From Chloroflexota bacterium (GTDB lineage Bacteria > Chloroflexota > UBA11872 > VXOZ01): a stretch of 64,000 nt of DNA. Numbering within the stretch: position 1 is the stretch's first letter; each line of letters starts with the position of its first letter. Shown here one piece after another: positions 48,875-58,701 of the stretch. The position numbers and the translations under genes were made by a program. Below the pieces are notes generated by a model, which was not told where the DNA came from, searched no databases, and saw nothing but the letters and a program-made list of their open reading frames with translations. The stretch covers positions 352,001-416,000 of the forward strand of contig OZ219801.1 of the NCBI GenBank assembly GCA_964291655.2. The letters are read 5' to 3'.

Positions 48875-50136
48875 TCCAATTGTTTCGCAAGGAGCGCATG
48901 TGGCGCGCGCATGAACTCAAAAAAAGCTATGACGTCGTCATCATCGGCGCGGGCGTGCACGGTCTGGCTACAGCGTACTACCTGGGCAAGGACCACGGCA
49001 TCACCAACGTAGCTGTCCTGGAAAAGCGCTATCTCGGCGCCGGCAATTCCGGGCGCAACACTGCCATCATCCGTGCAAACTACCGCACGCCGGAAGGCGT
49101 CCCCTTCTTCGCCCGCTCGCTTCAACTGTATGAAGACCTGTCGCGCGAGCTTGAGTGGAACCTGCTTTTCAACCAATGCGGTCATCTGACCCTGGCCCAC
49201 ACGGATTCATCCGTGGACGGGCTGCGCGTGCGTGCCGAGACCAACCAGATCATGGGCGTGGACAGCCGCGTCATCTATCCGGAAGAAATTCAGAAGCTCG
49301 TCCCCGCGCTCGACATGAGCGACCGACCGCGCTTACCCGTGATGGCGGCGCTCTATCACCCGCCGGGCGGCATCATTCGTCATGACGCCGTGGTGTGGGG
49401 CTACGCGCGAGCGTGCGACCGCATGGGCATCGAGATTCACCCATTCACTGAGGCGACGAGCATTGGCATTGACGGCTCAACCGCGAGTGACCACGCCAAT
49501 GAACCCCAGCACCTCGGTACGCCGGAGGGCAAAATAACTAGCGTTGAGACTACCAATGGGAGCATTGCCACAGGCACCGTGATAAATTGCGCTGCCGGTT
49601 GGGCCACAGTGGTCTCTCGGATGGCCGGTGTTCCCCTGCCCATCGTGACTCAACCTTTGCAGGCCTGTGTCACAGAGCCGCTCAAGCCATTCCTCGACAA
49701 GGTGATAGTCTCGGCCAATCTGCACGTGTACGTCAGTCAAACCGACCGAGGCGATTGCGTCATGGGAGCAGAGGTTGATCCACTTCAGTCCTACAGCATG
49801 CAGGGCACGCTCCCTACGTTGGAACAAATGGCCACCTACACCTTGGAGCTCTTTCCACAATTGCACAGTGTGAGCGTCCTGCGGCAATGGGCCGGAATCT
49901 GCGATATGACTCCCGACTTTTCGCCCATCATCGGCGGAGTCGAAGGCTTGGAAGGCTATCATCTGGACGTGGGCTGGGGTACGTACGGGTTTAAGGCCGG
50001 CCCTGTTGCCGGGAAATACCTGGCGGAACTCATCGCAACAGGTCAGACGCCCGAGCTGATCGAGCCATTCCGGCTCTCGCGCTTCCGTGAAGAGGCGCTG
50101 GTCGGTGAAAAAGCCGCAGCGGCAGTTTCGCATTAG
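48871..50136 (+). CDS. mgdA: N-methylglutamate dehydrogenase/sarcosine oxidase beta (FAD) subunit
   Basis: IIGAGVHGLATAYYL, GNSGRNTAIIRANY, RHDAVVWGYAR, GWGTYGFKA. Confidence 0.88.
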   Translation: MIQLFRKERMWRAHELKKSYDVVIIGAGVHGLATAYYLGKDHGITNVAVLEKRYLGAGNSGRNTAIIRANYRTPEGVPFFARSLQLYEDLSRELEWNLLFNQCGHLTLAHTDSSVDGLRVRAETNQIMGVDSRVIYPEEIQKLVPALDMSDRPRLPVMAALYHPPGGIIRHDAVVWGYARACDRMGIEIHPFTEATSIGIDGSTASDHANEPQHLGTPEGKITSVETTNGSIATGTVINCAAGWATVVSRMAGVPLPIVTQPLQACVTEPLKPFLDKVIVSANLHVYVSQTDRGDCVMGAEVDPLQSYSMQGTLPTLEQMATYTLELFPQLHSVSVLRQWAGICDMTPDFSPIIGGVEGLEGYHLDVGWGTYGFKAGPVAGKYLAELIATGQTPELIEPFRLSRFREEALVGEKAAAAVSH

Positions 50137-50288
50137 CACGTGCGCTACTTGTGTATCATGTAGACACAGATCAACGAACACAGCCCGTCATTCCGGCTTT
50201 CGCCAGTATCCAGCGATGGGTGGGGATTAGACTGGTTACTGTATCAGCAACTCTTGGAAACGGTAATTGCACGTAAGGAGGCACACCC

Positions 50289-51623
50289 ATGACAATCGAC
50301 GAGGTCAAATCTCTGATTGCAGAGCGCGGCATCAAGTTCTTTCTCTGCTCGTACGTGGAGATGAGCGGCGCGCCTAAAGCAAAATTGATCCCGGCTACGC
50401 ACATCGATGACATGGCGGACGGCAGCGCCGGCTTCGCCGGCTTCGCTGCCGGCGACATGGGGCAGAGTCCCCACGATCCCGACATGCTCTGTCATCCTGA
50501 TTTCAATTCGACACTTGTCCTGCCGTGGCGGCCGGACATCGCCTGGGTATCGGGCAACATCCACGTCAACGACGTGCCTTGGCATTACGGGCCCCGCTCG
50601 ATCCTAGAGCAGCAGTTAGCGAAAGCGGAGCAGGCGGGCTATCTCATGAACGTGGGCACTGAAGCCGAGTTCATGCTGCTCAAGCAAGACGAGCACGGCG
50701 GCTATGCTCCCTGGGACGCGCTCGATACGCTCGACAAGCCCTGCTATGACGTGCGCGCTTTGTACCGGAACCTTGACGTCATCACGACCCTGGTTGGTCA
50801 TATGCAAGACCTGGGCTGGGAGCCCTATGCTTCCGACCATGAAGACGCTACTTGCCAGTTTGAACTCAACTGGCTCTACTCCGACGCAATGACCACCGCA
50901 GACCGCCACACCTTCTTCCGCTGGATGGTTAAGACGGTCGCCGAGGAAAACAGCCTGACCGCCACGTTCATGCCGAAGCCGTTCCAAGACCTCACCGGCA
51001 ACGGCGCGCACTGCCACGTGAGTCTCTGGGATAACGACAACACGACGAACCTCTTCCTGGATGAAGACGACGAAAACGGCCTTTCGCAGCTTGCGTATTG
51101 GTTCACCGGCGGCGTCCTACACCATGCCCGCGCGCTTACGGCGGTGACCTGTCCCATCGTAAACAGCTACAAGCGCCTAATCCGCGGCCAGCCGCGCTCC
51201 GGCGCTACCTGGGCGCCGGTGTACGGCACCTACGGCGGCTCCAACCGTACCCAGATGATCCGCATCCCCGATCCGGGACGTATCGAAAACCGCATCGTGG
51301 ACGGCGCGACCAATCCCTATCTTGCGTACACGGTATTGCTCGCCGCCGGCCTCGACGGCATTGCCAACAAGATTGATCCCGGCGTGCGCAACGACGACAA
51401 TCTCTACGAGCTTTCGGAAGAGGAACTTCACCGCCGCGGCATTACGTTCCTGCCCACCAGCCTCCCCGAGGCGCTTGACGAACTCGACAAGGACGACGTG
51501 ATCAAAGAGGCGCTGGGCCGCGAGTACGCCGATTACTTCATCGCGGTCAAGCGCGATGAATGGAACCGCTACCACCTCAGCGTGAGCCAGTGGGAATTGG
51601 ATAACTACATCGGCGTGTTCTAG
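50289..51623 (+). CDS. gmaS: Gamma-glutamylmethylamide synthetase (GlnT/type III GS-like)
   Basis: KAKLIPA, GFAGFA, KPCYD, DHEDA..QFELNW, SGATWAP, NRTQMIR; adjacent to mgs/mgd. Confidence 0.85.
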   Translation: MTIDEVKSLIAERGIKFFLCSYVEMSGAPKAKLIPATHIDDMADGSAGFAGFAAGDMGQSPHDPDMLCHPDFNSTLVLPWRPDIAWVSGNIHVNDVPWHYGPRSILEQQLAKAEQAGYLMNVGTEAEFMLLKQDEHGGYAPWDALDTLDKPCYDVRALYRNLDVITTLVGHMQDLGWEPYASDHEDATCQFELNWLYSDAMTTADRHTFFRWMVKTVAEENSLTATFMPKPFQDLTGNGAHCHVSLWDNDNTTNLFLDEDDENGLSQLAYWFTGGVLHHARALTAVTCPIVNSYKRLIRGQPRSGATWAPVYGTYGGSNRTQMIRIPDPGRIENRIVDGATNPYLAYTVLLAAGLDGIANKIDPGVRNDDNLYELSEEELHRRGITFLPTSLPEALDELDKDDVIKEALGREYADYFIAVKRDEWNRYHLSVSQWELDNYIGVF

Positions 51624-51641
51624 GCTGTGTGGGCATTTTGC

Positions 51642-51841
51642 CGTCATTCCCGTGAAAACGGGAATCCATCTTCACGCGACACCGGATCGTGCTACTACGC
51701 GGAGTGGCGAGCGACCACATTCGCAAGGAGCATCTTTGCCAATTGCTTACTTTGCCACTTTGCGGAGCAAAACGAGAGACAATCCCGAACAAACGCTTGA
51801 GATTCCGCGAACCCCGTTCGACGCTTGCGCTCGGAATGACA
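51642..51841. repeat. GTCATTCC-type palindromic REP-like elements
   Basis: CGTCATTCCCGTGAAAACGGGAATCC near 51642 and inverted ...CTCGGAATGACA ending 51841; related copies at ~38865, ~45438 and ~50186. Confidence 0.6.
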
Positions 51842-51943
51842 CTGAGTGTCCCCAGAGCCTAGTCGGTATCTCCCGTTCTTGTGGCAATTGATCACAGCCT
51901 CGTTTAGGCCATGCGTCCAAGACGAATGTGGCGCATAACAAAC

Positions 51944-51980
51944 AAGCCGTACTCTGGCAAAGGCCAGAGTACGGCCTTTT
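51944..51980 (+). terminator. Intrinsic terminator-like hairpin
   Basis: GCCGTACTCTGGC-AAAG-GCCAGAGTACGGC-CTTTT. Confidence 0.6.
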
Positions 51981-52080
51981 GCGTATGCATGGCATGGCGT
52001 CAATATCAATGGGGTATACTCTCTATCAAATGGACAGTCGTTACCACGCGTATGACGGTCAGTAAAAACTGGAGGAAACA

Positions 52081-53241
52081 ATGGCGCGATTCCACGATTC
52101 AGATTCCGGCATTACATTGGACAACGAGTTTGAGTGTGCTAGTGCGCGGGAGTTTAGCAGGATCGGTCCCGGGCACTACCAAGTTGAGTTGCTCATCGAG
52201 AACTATAGCCCAGACTACCCGGTGGTGTGGGAGTACATGTTCTGCTTCCGGGTGCGGTCGCAGTCAGACCAAGCGCAAACGGTTACCTTTCGCGTCATGA
52301 AGGGGCGGGGCGGCATCAGCTACCTGGATGGGCCGCACTTTGCCAAACGCAACGGCAAGTGGGGCCTCGTGCCCCGTTCCCAAACGCACATGACACAGGA
52401 TTACGTCGAGGTCACCCTCGAAGTTGCTGCAGGCGACGAATTCTTACTCGGCAATCATCCGTTTCCCACACCGGCGGAGGTGGAATCCGCGATGCATGCC
52501 ACTGCCGCTGCGCTGGACGATTTCTCCGTGCGCGAATTCGGACGGACGCCGGAAGACCGCCCGCTCTTGGCGCTGGAATCCCAGCCCCGCGACAAGACCG
52601 TCATAGTCTTCGACACGATGCAACCGGCCGAACCCGGCGACGTGCCGATGCTCTTCCTCGCCCACTGGCTGAGCAGTCGCTCCGCCGAGGCGGAAAGGCT
52701 CTTGGAGGAATACCAGTTTTGCCTCATGCCCTTGACGAACCCGGACGGCACGGCCCACGGACACTCGGTGACGAATGCGGCCGGGGAAGTGCCGCGCTGC
52801 CACTTTGAGGACGCCAAATTGGGCAAACCGGTCCCCGCTGAGGCCGCCACGACTTGGGAATACTTAGCGGAAAAGAAACCCACGGCGTTTATCGAATTCC
52901 ACATCCATTACCTCGTACACGCCCCGCACAAGCTGGTAGGCGTCACCGTCAATGAACCCTCGGATGAACGCGGCGTCGTAGCCTTGCCTGCGGCCACTGT
53001 GCTCTGGGGCGAGCTCCTAAAGCTCAACAGCAACTGGCGGGCGCGCCTCATCGAGGCCGAGAGCGAAACCTTTCGCAATGCCCTTGACGGCACGTTGGCG
53101 CGAGACTTCGGCACTTTGGCTTATGTCTATCAGATCTACGCCCCAACTGTTGAAGCCGCCTGCGCCCATGCCGTGGACGTGGTACGGGCGACGGTCAACG
53201 GAGTGCAGGCCGCCGCCGCACTCGATCTACAAAACGCTTGA
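52081..53241 (+). CDS. M14 zinc-carboxypeptidase-like protein with degenerate metal motif
   Basis: FG.TPEDRPL, QPAE in place of HxxE, PLTNPDG, FIEFH. Confidence 0.7.
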   Translation: MARFHDSDSGITLDNEFECASAREFSRIGPGHYQVELLIENYSPDYPVVWEYMFCFRVRSQSDQAQTVTFRVMKGRGGISYLDGPHFAKRNGKWGLVPRSQTHMTQDYVEVTLEVAAGDEFLLGNHPFPTPAEVESAMHATAAALDDFSVREFGRTPEDRPLLALESQPRDKTVIVFDTMQPAEPGDVPMLFLAHWLSSRSAEAERLLEEYQFCLMPLTNPDGTAHGHSVTNAAGEVPRCHFEDAKLGKPVPAEAATTWEYLAEKKPTAFIEFHIHYLVHAPHKLVGVTVNEPSDERGVVALPAATVLWGELLKLNSNWRARLIEAESETFRNALDGTLARDFGTLAYVYQIYAPTVEAACAHAVDVVRATVNGVQAAAALDLQNA

Positions 53242-53495
53242 ACCGGCCTCCCAAGAAAACTCACAGTATTGGGTTGCTTTTCAGCTAATATGTCTAGACA
53301 GGTACGGCTACCTGGTGTAACCTACAGACACGCGGTGATTGACACTAAAGTGAGTAGGGAACACGGCGGCGGCACCGCATCTCTTGATCAAAGTACTTCC
53401 GCACAATCTGAATGGAGGCGCTAAAGACGGCAGCATCGCACCGTATTCCCTGTGCCCGGTTGCAACAGTGGAACGATAGAGAAAGGACGAGAGGA

Positions 53496-54926
53496 ATGGC
53501 AATTCACAATCGTCATCTCACACGGAGAAGCGTCCTCGCCGGCATCGGCAGCTCAATAGGCGTCTTGGCAGTCGCCGCGTGCGCGCAAGGAACAGCAACG
53601 CAGATGCCTGCCGAAGAGTCTGAGGAGGAGGCCAAGCAGGCTGAAGAAGCACCAGTGATGGAAACAGTATCGGTGCGCGCCGGTTGGATTTCCAACGATG
53701 CCTCAGTAATCGAGCCCTTCTACGGCGATCTGCTTGTCGCCAGCTTCGAAGCGGCGCATCCCAACATCAAGGTGGCGTGGGAAGGCGCGCCCGCCAGAGA
53801 GCACCATGCCAAGCTCGCGACCCAGTTGGCGGCCAACGAAGCGCCGGATGTCTTCCACAGTGACGGCGTTCGCTACGCGCTCTTCCGCGACTCCGGGTAC
53901 ATCAACGACCTCGCACCCTATTTGCAGCGCGACGCCGGGGCACTGCAAGGCGTGATCGGCCCGGAATTTTTCCGCGATCCCGACGGCAGCACATGGGGTA
54001 TCTCCAGCAGTATCGGCGGCGTCGCCACGGCCTACAACACCGCCCACTTCGATAAGTTCGGCGTCAACCGCCTGCCTGAAGGAGGAATCAATTGGAATCC
54101 GACCGATGGCGGTGAGTTCTTAGAAATAGCGCAAGAGCTCACCCAGCGCGGCAGCACCGAGGCGGACCCGGTCTGGGGCTTCTTCAACAACAAGCAAATC
54201 ACCGGCGACGTGCTGAGCCTGCTCGTGCAGAACGGCACGAATTTCCTCAGCGATGACTACCGCCGCTCGCGCATCCATGAACCGGAATTCATGGAAGTTG
54301 TGGAATTCCTGCACAACCTGGAATTCAAGTGGCAGGTATCCCCAAATCCCGAGCACGTCGCGCTGCTGCTGGAGGCCATACCAGAAGGGCAGACCTATCA
54401 CGCGCCGTTCGCGTTCCAACGGACGGCAATGATGAACCTGCTCATGGGTCAGTCCGGCCGTTGGGGCGGTCCCGATCCGGAGAGCTTGCCGGTGGTGGCC
54501 GTGAAGTTCCTGAGCGGTCCCCAGAACGACAAGGTGCCAAGCGGAGGCCGGGTCATGGAGCATTGGGGCAGTTCACAACAGCCCGATGAAGCATGGGACC
54601 TCATGCGCTTCTTCCTGACAGACCACGAGGTGAACATTGCGACCTTCACCATTCTCAAGTCCGGTCTGCCGCCCAACACGAACTTCTGGGACGACGAACG
54701 GCTCTATGTGAAATCGGGCAGACCGCCGCGTGAAATCGAGGCCTACATGGCCACACTGCGCGAAGGCAAGGGCTACTACTGGCAGGTGAACGGCGTCTGG
54801 AGCGCCTGGATCGGCGCTTACCGCACCGGTCAGGGTGCGATCTGGGCCGGCGAAGCCACAGTGGAGGAAGCGATGCAACAAGCCAGCAAGGAGGCGCAAG
54901 CGGCGCTGGACGAGTATTACGGCTAG
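53496..54926 (+). CDS. Family-1 solute-binding Tat-lipoprotein (paralog A)
   Basis: LTRRSVL twin-Arg plus VAAC lipobox; APDVF, AYNT.HF. Confidence 0.88.
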   Translation: MAIHNRHLTRRSVLAGIGSSIGVLAVAACAQGTATQMPAEESEEEAKQAEEAPVMETVSVRAGWISNDASVIEPFYGDLLVASFEAAHPNIKVAWEGAPAREHHAKLATQLAANEAPDVFHSDGVRYALFRDSGYINDLAPYLQRDAGALQGVIGPEFFRDPDGSTWGISSSIGGVATAYNTAHFDKFGVNRLPEGGINWNPTDGGEFLEIAQELTQRGSTEADPVWGFFNNKQITGDVLSLLVQNGTNFLSDDYRRSRIHEPEFMEVVEFLHNLEFKWQVSPNPEHVALLLEAIPEGQTYHAPFAFQRTAMMNLLMGQSGRWGGPDPESLPVVAVKFLSGPQNDKVPSGGRVMEHWGSSQQPDEAWDLMRFFLTDHEVNIATFTILKSGLPPNTNFWDDERLYVKSGRPPREIEAYMATLREGKGYYWQVNGVWSAWIGAYRTGQGAIWAGEATVEEAMQQASKEAQAALDEYYG

Positions 54927-54971
54927 CGAGGCCACGGCCTCTGTTTGGTTGTCTATTGATACGCAAGATGT

Positions 54972-55010
54972 CATACGCGCCGCTTCTCGCAATGAGAAGC
55001 GGCGCGTATG
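54972..55010. terminator. Perfect 17-bp-stem hairpin between convergent genes
   Basis: CATACGCGCCGCTTCTC-GCAAT-GAGAAGCGGCGCGTATG. Confidence 0.6.
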
Positions 55011-55084
55011 TTTCTAAATTCCATCTTGCCGGCACAGATGCTCCATCAAATGAAGCCTTTAGCCATCATTCTCTCTCTATTAAT

Positions 55085-56488
55085 CTAAATCGGCACTTTC
55101 TGTGCCATTGCCGCCAATCGTACATCCGCCTGCAAGCAGAGCCTACGCTCTTGCCGCTGCCGCTCGGAGAGTTGGCCCCGAGGATCGCAGACGACCACTA
55201 GGCTGTCCTTACCTTCCGGTATTCGGAAGGGCACCTCACACACCGCTTCCTCGCGTCCGATTACTGTCGGCACTAGTGCATGTCCCAGTTGCATGCCGCC
55301 GCCCTCGTCAATCGGCCCATCAAAGACCATCAGTGCCACGTCGTGTGCGTCAATCACCCCTCTGTTCACCACAGTTACCTGTACACGACCGATCTCTCGA
55401 TTTAACTCAGCTACCTCCACCGCTGCAAGTTCCAGGTCGCATTCCACGCGGTCGACTGACACAGCCGCATAGGCATCGATAAGGCCGTGGCCCATAAACG
55501 GATTCCAGCCGCTGCCACCGGCCGGCTGCTTCGCGGTGTTGCGTATTACCATCCTGACCTGCTCGGCCGTAAGGCCGGGATGTCGCGACCATACGAGCCC
55601 CGCGAGGCCGGAGACATGTCCTATTGCCATGCAGCCGCCCGACCACTCCACGTAGCCGCCGTGCTCACCGGTAATCGTACTAAGAACGCCGTATTCCGCT
55701 TGGGGATGAGCACCCAGCGCGGCTGCCATAACGCATTCTTCCGCCAGCGGCAAAATGCGCCGCGAGGGATCATTCGCAAGGTCGTAGTCACGCCAGCCGG
55801 ACGGCGCCGCGACCTCCGTGAGGTCGCCGTAGTCGCTAAAGTCTGCCATGCGGCCGCTCTTGTCCGCGGAAGCCACATTGACTACACCCGGGCAGAGCGC
55901 GGGATACTTGGCGACATTGTGGGCCTGATTGCCGCCGGTAGCATTGATTATGAGCACATTGTGCTGCTGGGCATACCGGCAGGCCTCCAGCAGTTCCTCC
56001 GAATGCGGCGGAGTCCAGGCGCTGTAGATCGTGGGCAGGCCGTGCTTGGTAGTGTACATGTAGCCCACGTCGCTCAAATTGATGACCCGCGCGCCGTTGT
56101 CCACGGCAAATCGGATCCCGCGCGCGAGCTCGCCATCGTGGTAGGTATTGACCCGCACGGGGAGAATACGGCACTCCGGCGCGACCCCGGCAATGCCGAT
56201 GCCGTTGTCTGCGCGCGCGGCAATTATGCCGCAAATGTGGGTGCCGTGATCAGTAGAGTCCTTGTGTTTGCGCGGTCGCGAGGTGTCGTCCAGGCTATCG
56301 TCATCCTCCCACAAGTCCCATCCCGGCAGAATCTGGCCCTCCAGGTCGGGATGCCCGACATCGATTCCTTTCTCGATGACAGCCACCACCACGTCCGGGC
56401 TGCCGCGCGTTGTTTCCCAGGCGTCAGGGGCCCTCATGAGCTGCAATCCCCATTGCTGTGCAAACAGTGGGTCATTAACTGGAACCAT
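55085..56488 (-). CDS. S8 subtilase-fold protein with atypical triad (Glu-His-Cys) and a C-terminal CARDB-like domain
   Basis: NDPLF..QWGL, VAVIEKGID, DHGTHICGIIAA..DNGIGIAGVAP, VINLS, SGGCMA..HVSG.AGL, G.GLIDA. Confidence 0.85.
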   Translation of the reverse strand: MVPVNDPLFAQQWGLQLMRAPDAWETTRGSPDVVVAVIEKGIDVGHPDLEGQILPGWDLWEDDDSLDDTSRPRKHKDSTDHGTHICGIIAARADNGIGIAGVAPECRILPVRVNTYHDGELARGIRFAVDNGARVINLSDVGYMYTTKHGLPTIYSAWTPPHSEELLEACRYAQQHNVLIINATGGNQAHNVAKYPALCPGVVNVASADKSGRMADFSDYGDLTEVAAPSGWRDYDLANDPSRRILPLAEECVMAAALGAHPQAEYGVLSTITGEHGGYVEWSGGCMAIGHVSGLAGLVWSRHPGLTAEQVRMVIRNTAKQPAGGSGWNPFMGHGLIDAYAAVSVDRVECDLELAAVEVAELNREIGRVQVTVVNRGVIDAHDVALMVFDGPIDEGGGMQLGHALVPTVIGREEAVCEVPFRIPEGKDSLVVVCDPRGQLSERQRQERRLCLQADVRLAAMAQKVPI

Positions 56489-56825
56489 AGTCTTTATCCT
56501 TAATTGGCGCTTGGCACATGGCTTACCCTCAGTGTATACAGATTGATGTTGGAGAGGCTCAACCTGTTTTCACTATAACTTGCTTCAATAGCCTTGTCAA
56601 TCCCGTTATGGTGTGAATCCTTCTCTCTACTTGACGACAAGGTATTGAATAGTACATTATCGCTATGAGAATCAGCGTTCTGCAGAGCGCCAACTCTGTT
56701 TGTTTCGAAAGGGGGGTTACCACAGAACACTTTGGCAGAACTGTGTCCGTACTGGTTCGTCATGTGCCCAACATTCACTCTGGCGATCCGAATTGTAAAA
56801 CCCATTTGTAGAGAGAGGGAAAGAA

Positions 56826-58268
56826 ATGTCATTTGCACAAAGTCGCATTACGCGTCGGCGCATGCTTGCCGGTACTGGCGGCGTTCTTGGCGCGATCGCG
56901 CTGGCAGCGTGCGGCACCGCCATGCCGGCCGATTCCGGCGAAATGCCGGAGAAGGCTGCGGAGGAGACCAAGGCCGAAGAACCGGCACCAGCAGAGAAGG
57001 TCACGGTTTCGGTTAGGTGGATCTCCAACGACCTTACTCGCGTTGAGCCATTCTACGAGAATCTCGTTGTGGCGCGATTCTACGAGAACTACGACAACAT
57101 CGAGCTTGATTGGGTAGGCGACACCTACCGCGACACCATGAGCCAGCTCAATACGCAGTTGGCCGCCGGTGACGCTCCGGACGTATTCCACAACGACGGC
57201 GTCTTCTTCGCTCGCAACCGTGATGCAGGGTTTGCTCGGGCGATCACCGAGTATGTCCAGCGCGATTCTGCTCAGCTCCAGGGGGTCCGCGGTCCCGAAT
57301 TCTTTACTGACGAGAAGCAGGATGTCTACGGCGTCTCCATGGGTGTCGGTGGCGCAGCGCTTGCCTACAATACCGACCATTTCGATCGCTACGGCATCAA
57401 TCGCTTGCCCGCCGAAGGCATAGACTGGAACCCGGATGACGGCGGCACGCTGCTGGAGATCGCTTCAGAAATTACGGGCCGTGGCGAAAACGAAGATCCC
57501 AGGGTGTGGGGTTGGTTCAACAATAAGCAGGCCACTTTCGACATTCTGGGGATGCTGCTGCAGAACGGCACGAATTTCCTCTCCGATGACTACCGCCGTT
57601 CCCGCGCGCACGAACCGGAATTCATTTCGGTTATTCAATTCCTGTGGGACTTGGAATTCAAGAATCGTGTTGCACCGGATCCCGACGACGTCGCGGAATT
57701 CAATGCTTCCGTACCTGAAGGAACAACGTACCACGGACCCTTTGCCTGGCAGCGGTCGGCCATGATGAATCTCGGCCTTGGCCAGTCCGGTTCCTGGGGT
57801 TCGCCGGATCCAGATAGTCTTCCCATTGTCGCCGTGGAGTACATCCATGGCCCGGCAAACAACAAGGTACCTGGCGGTGGACGTGTGGTGGAAATGTGGG
57901 GCAGCACTGAAGTGCCCGACGAGGCCTGGGAAGTGATGAAGTTCCCCTTGATCGACCACGAAGTTCAGGTGGGAGTCTTCACGATTCTCCGTGACGGCCT
58001 GCCGGCCAATACCAACACCTGGGATGACGCTCGCCTGCTCGAGAAGAGCGGTCGACCGCCGCGTGAGGTGGAAGCGTACATGGCGCCCCTCAGAGAGGGC
58101 CGCGGCCAATACTGGCAAGTCAATGGCGTGTGGCTGGAGTGGTGGCGCGCATTCCGTGGCAATATGAACCGCGCGTGGGCCCAAGAGGTCACCGTCGAGG
58201 AAGCCATGCAGACGGCAAGCAAGGAATCACAGGTTGTGCTGGACGAGTACTACGCAAACCAAGAGTAG
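56826..58268 (+). CDS. Family-1 solute-binding Tat-lipoprotein (paralog B)
   Basis: ITRRRML plus LAAC; long blocks shared with 53496-54926, e.g. QNGTNFLSDDYRRSR and KSGRPPRE. Confidence 0.88.
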   Translation: MSFAQSRITRRRMLAGTGGVLGAIALAACGTAMPADSGEMPEKAAEETKAEEPAPAEKVTVSVRWISNDLTRVEPFYENLVVARFYENYDNIELDWVGDTYRDTMSQLNTQLAAGDAPDVFHNDGVFFARNRDAGFARAITEYVQRDSAQLQGVRGPEFFTDEKQDVYGVSMGVGGAALAYNTDHFDRYGINRLPAEGIDWNPDDGGTLLEIASEITGRGENEDPRVWGWFNNKQATFDILGMLLQNGTNFLSDDYRRSRAHEPEFISVIQFLWDLEFKNRVAPDPDDVAEFNASVPEGTTYHGPFAWQRSAMMNLGLGQSGSWGSPDPDSLPIVAVEYIHGPANNKVPGGGRVVEMWGSTEVPDEAWEVMKFPLIDHEVQVGVFTILRDGLPANTNTWDDARLLEKSGRPPREVEAYMAPLREGRGQYWQVNGVWLEWWRAFRGNMNRAWAQEVTVEEAMQTASKESQVVLDEYYANQE

Positions 58269-58291
58269 TTTCCATCTGTATTTGGCATAGG

Positions 58292-58328
58292 AACGAGGAG
58301 GGTCTTGTGACCCTCCTCGTTTTTTCTT
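58292..58328 (+). terminator. Intrinsic terminator
   Basis: AACGAGGAGGGTC-TTGT-GACCCTCCTCGTT followed by a T run. Confidence 0.85.
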
Positions 58329-58701
58329 GCAAGGCACACAACGCACGTGCAGTTACCGGCTTTTCTCACTATGCAGCGCATAGCGCCGGCATGGACAAAT
58401 TGAGGCCATTTCACCCTCAAACGTATGCAAGCATACACACGACTGTGAAAAACTGAGGTATTCTGATCTTAACAAGGGACCTTCATTCGATAAGAGCACG
58501 CAGACAAATCAGTGATGCCCAGCCATGCTCGATGCCCACAAGATGATTGCGCATCCTAAGCGCTGCCTCACTCACTCTAGAGGTGAAACCCTACCGATTC
58601 ATTCCTTCGCCAAGGCAGAGTCTAGCTATCAGACCTTGTTCGAGAGTTGAAACATTGCTGATTCAGCAGCACGCACGTGAAGTCAGGAGTACAACTGCGC
58701 G

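Noticed and set aside
41813-51623. Ordinary glutamate synthase, glutamine synthetase and sarcosine oxidase
   Set aside because: The split three-gene synthase, GlnT-type motifs and co-location fit the N-methylglutamate pathway better.
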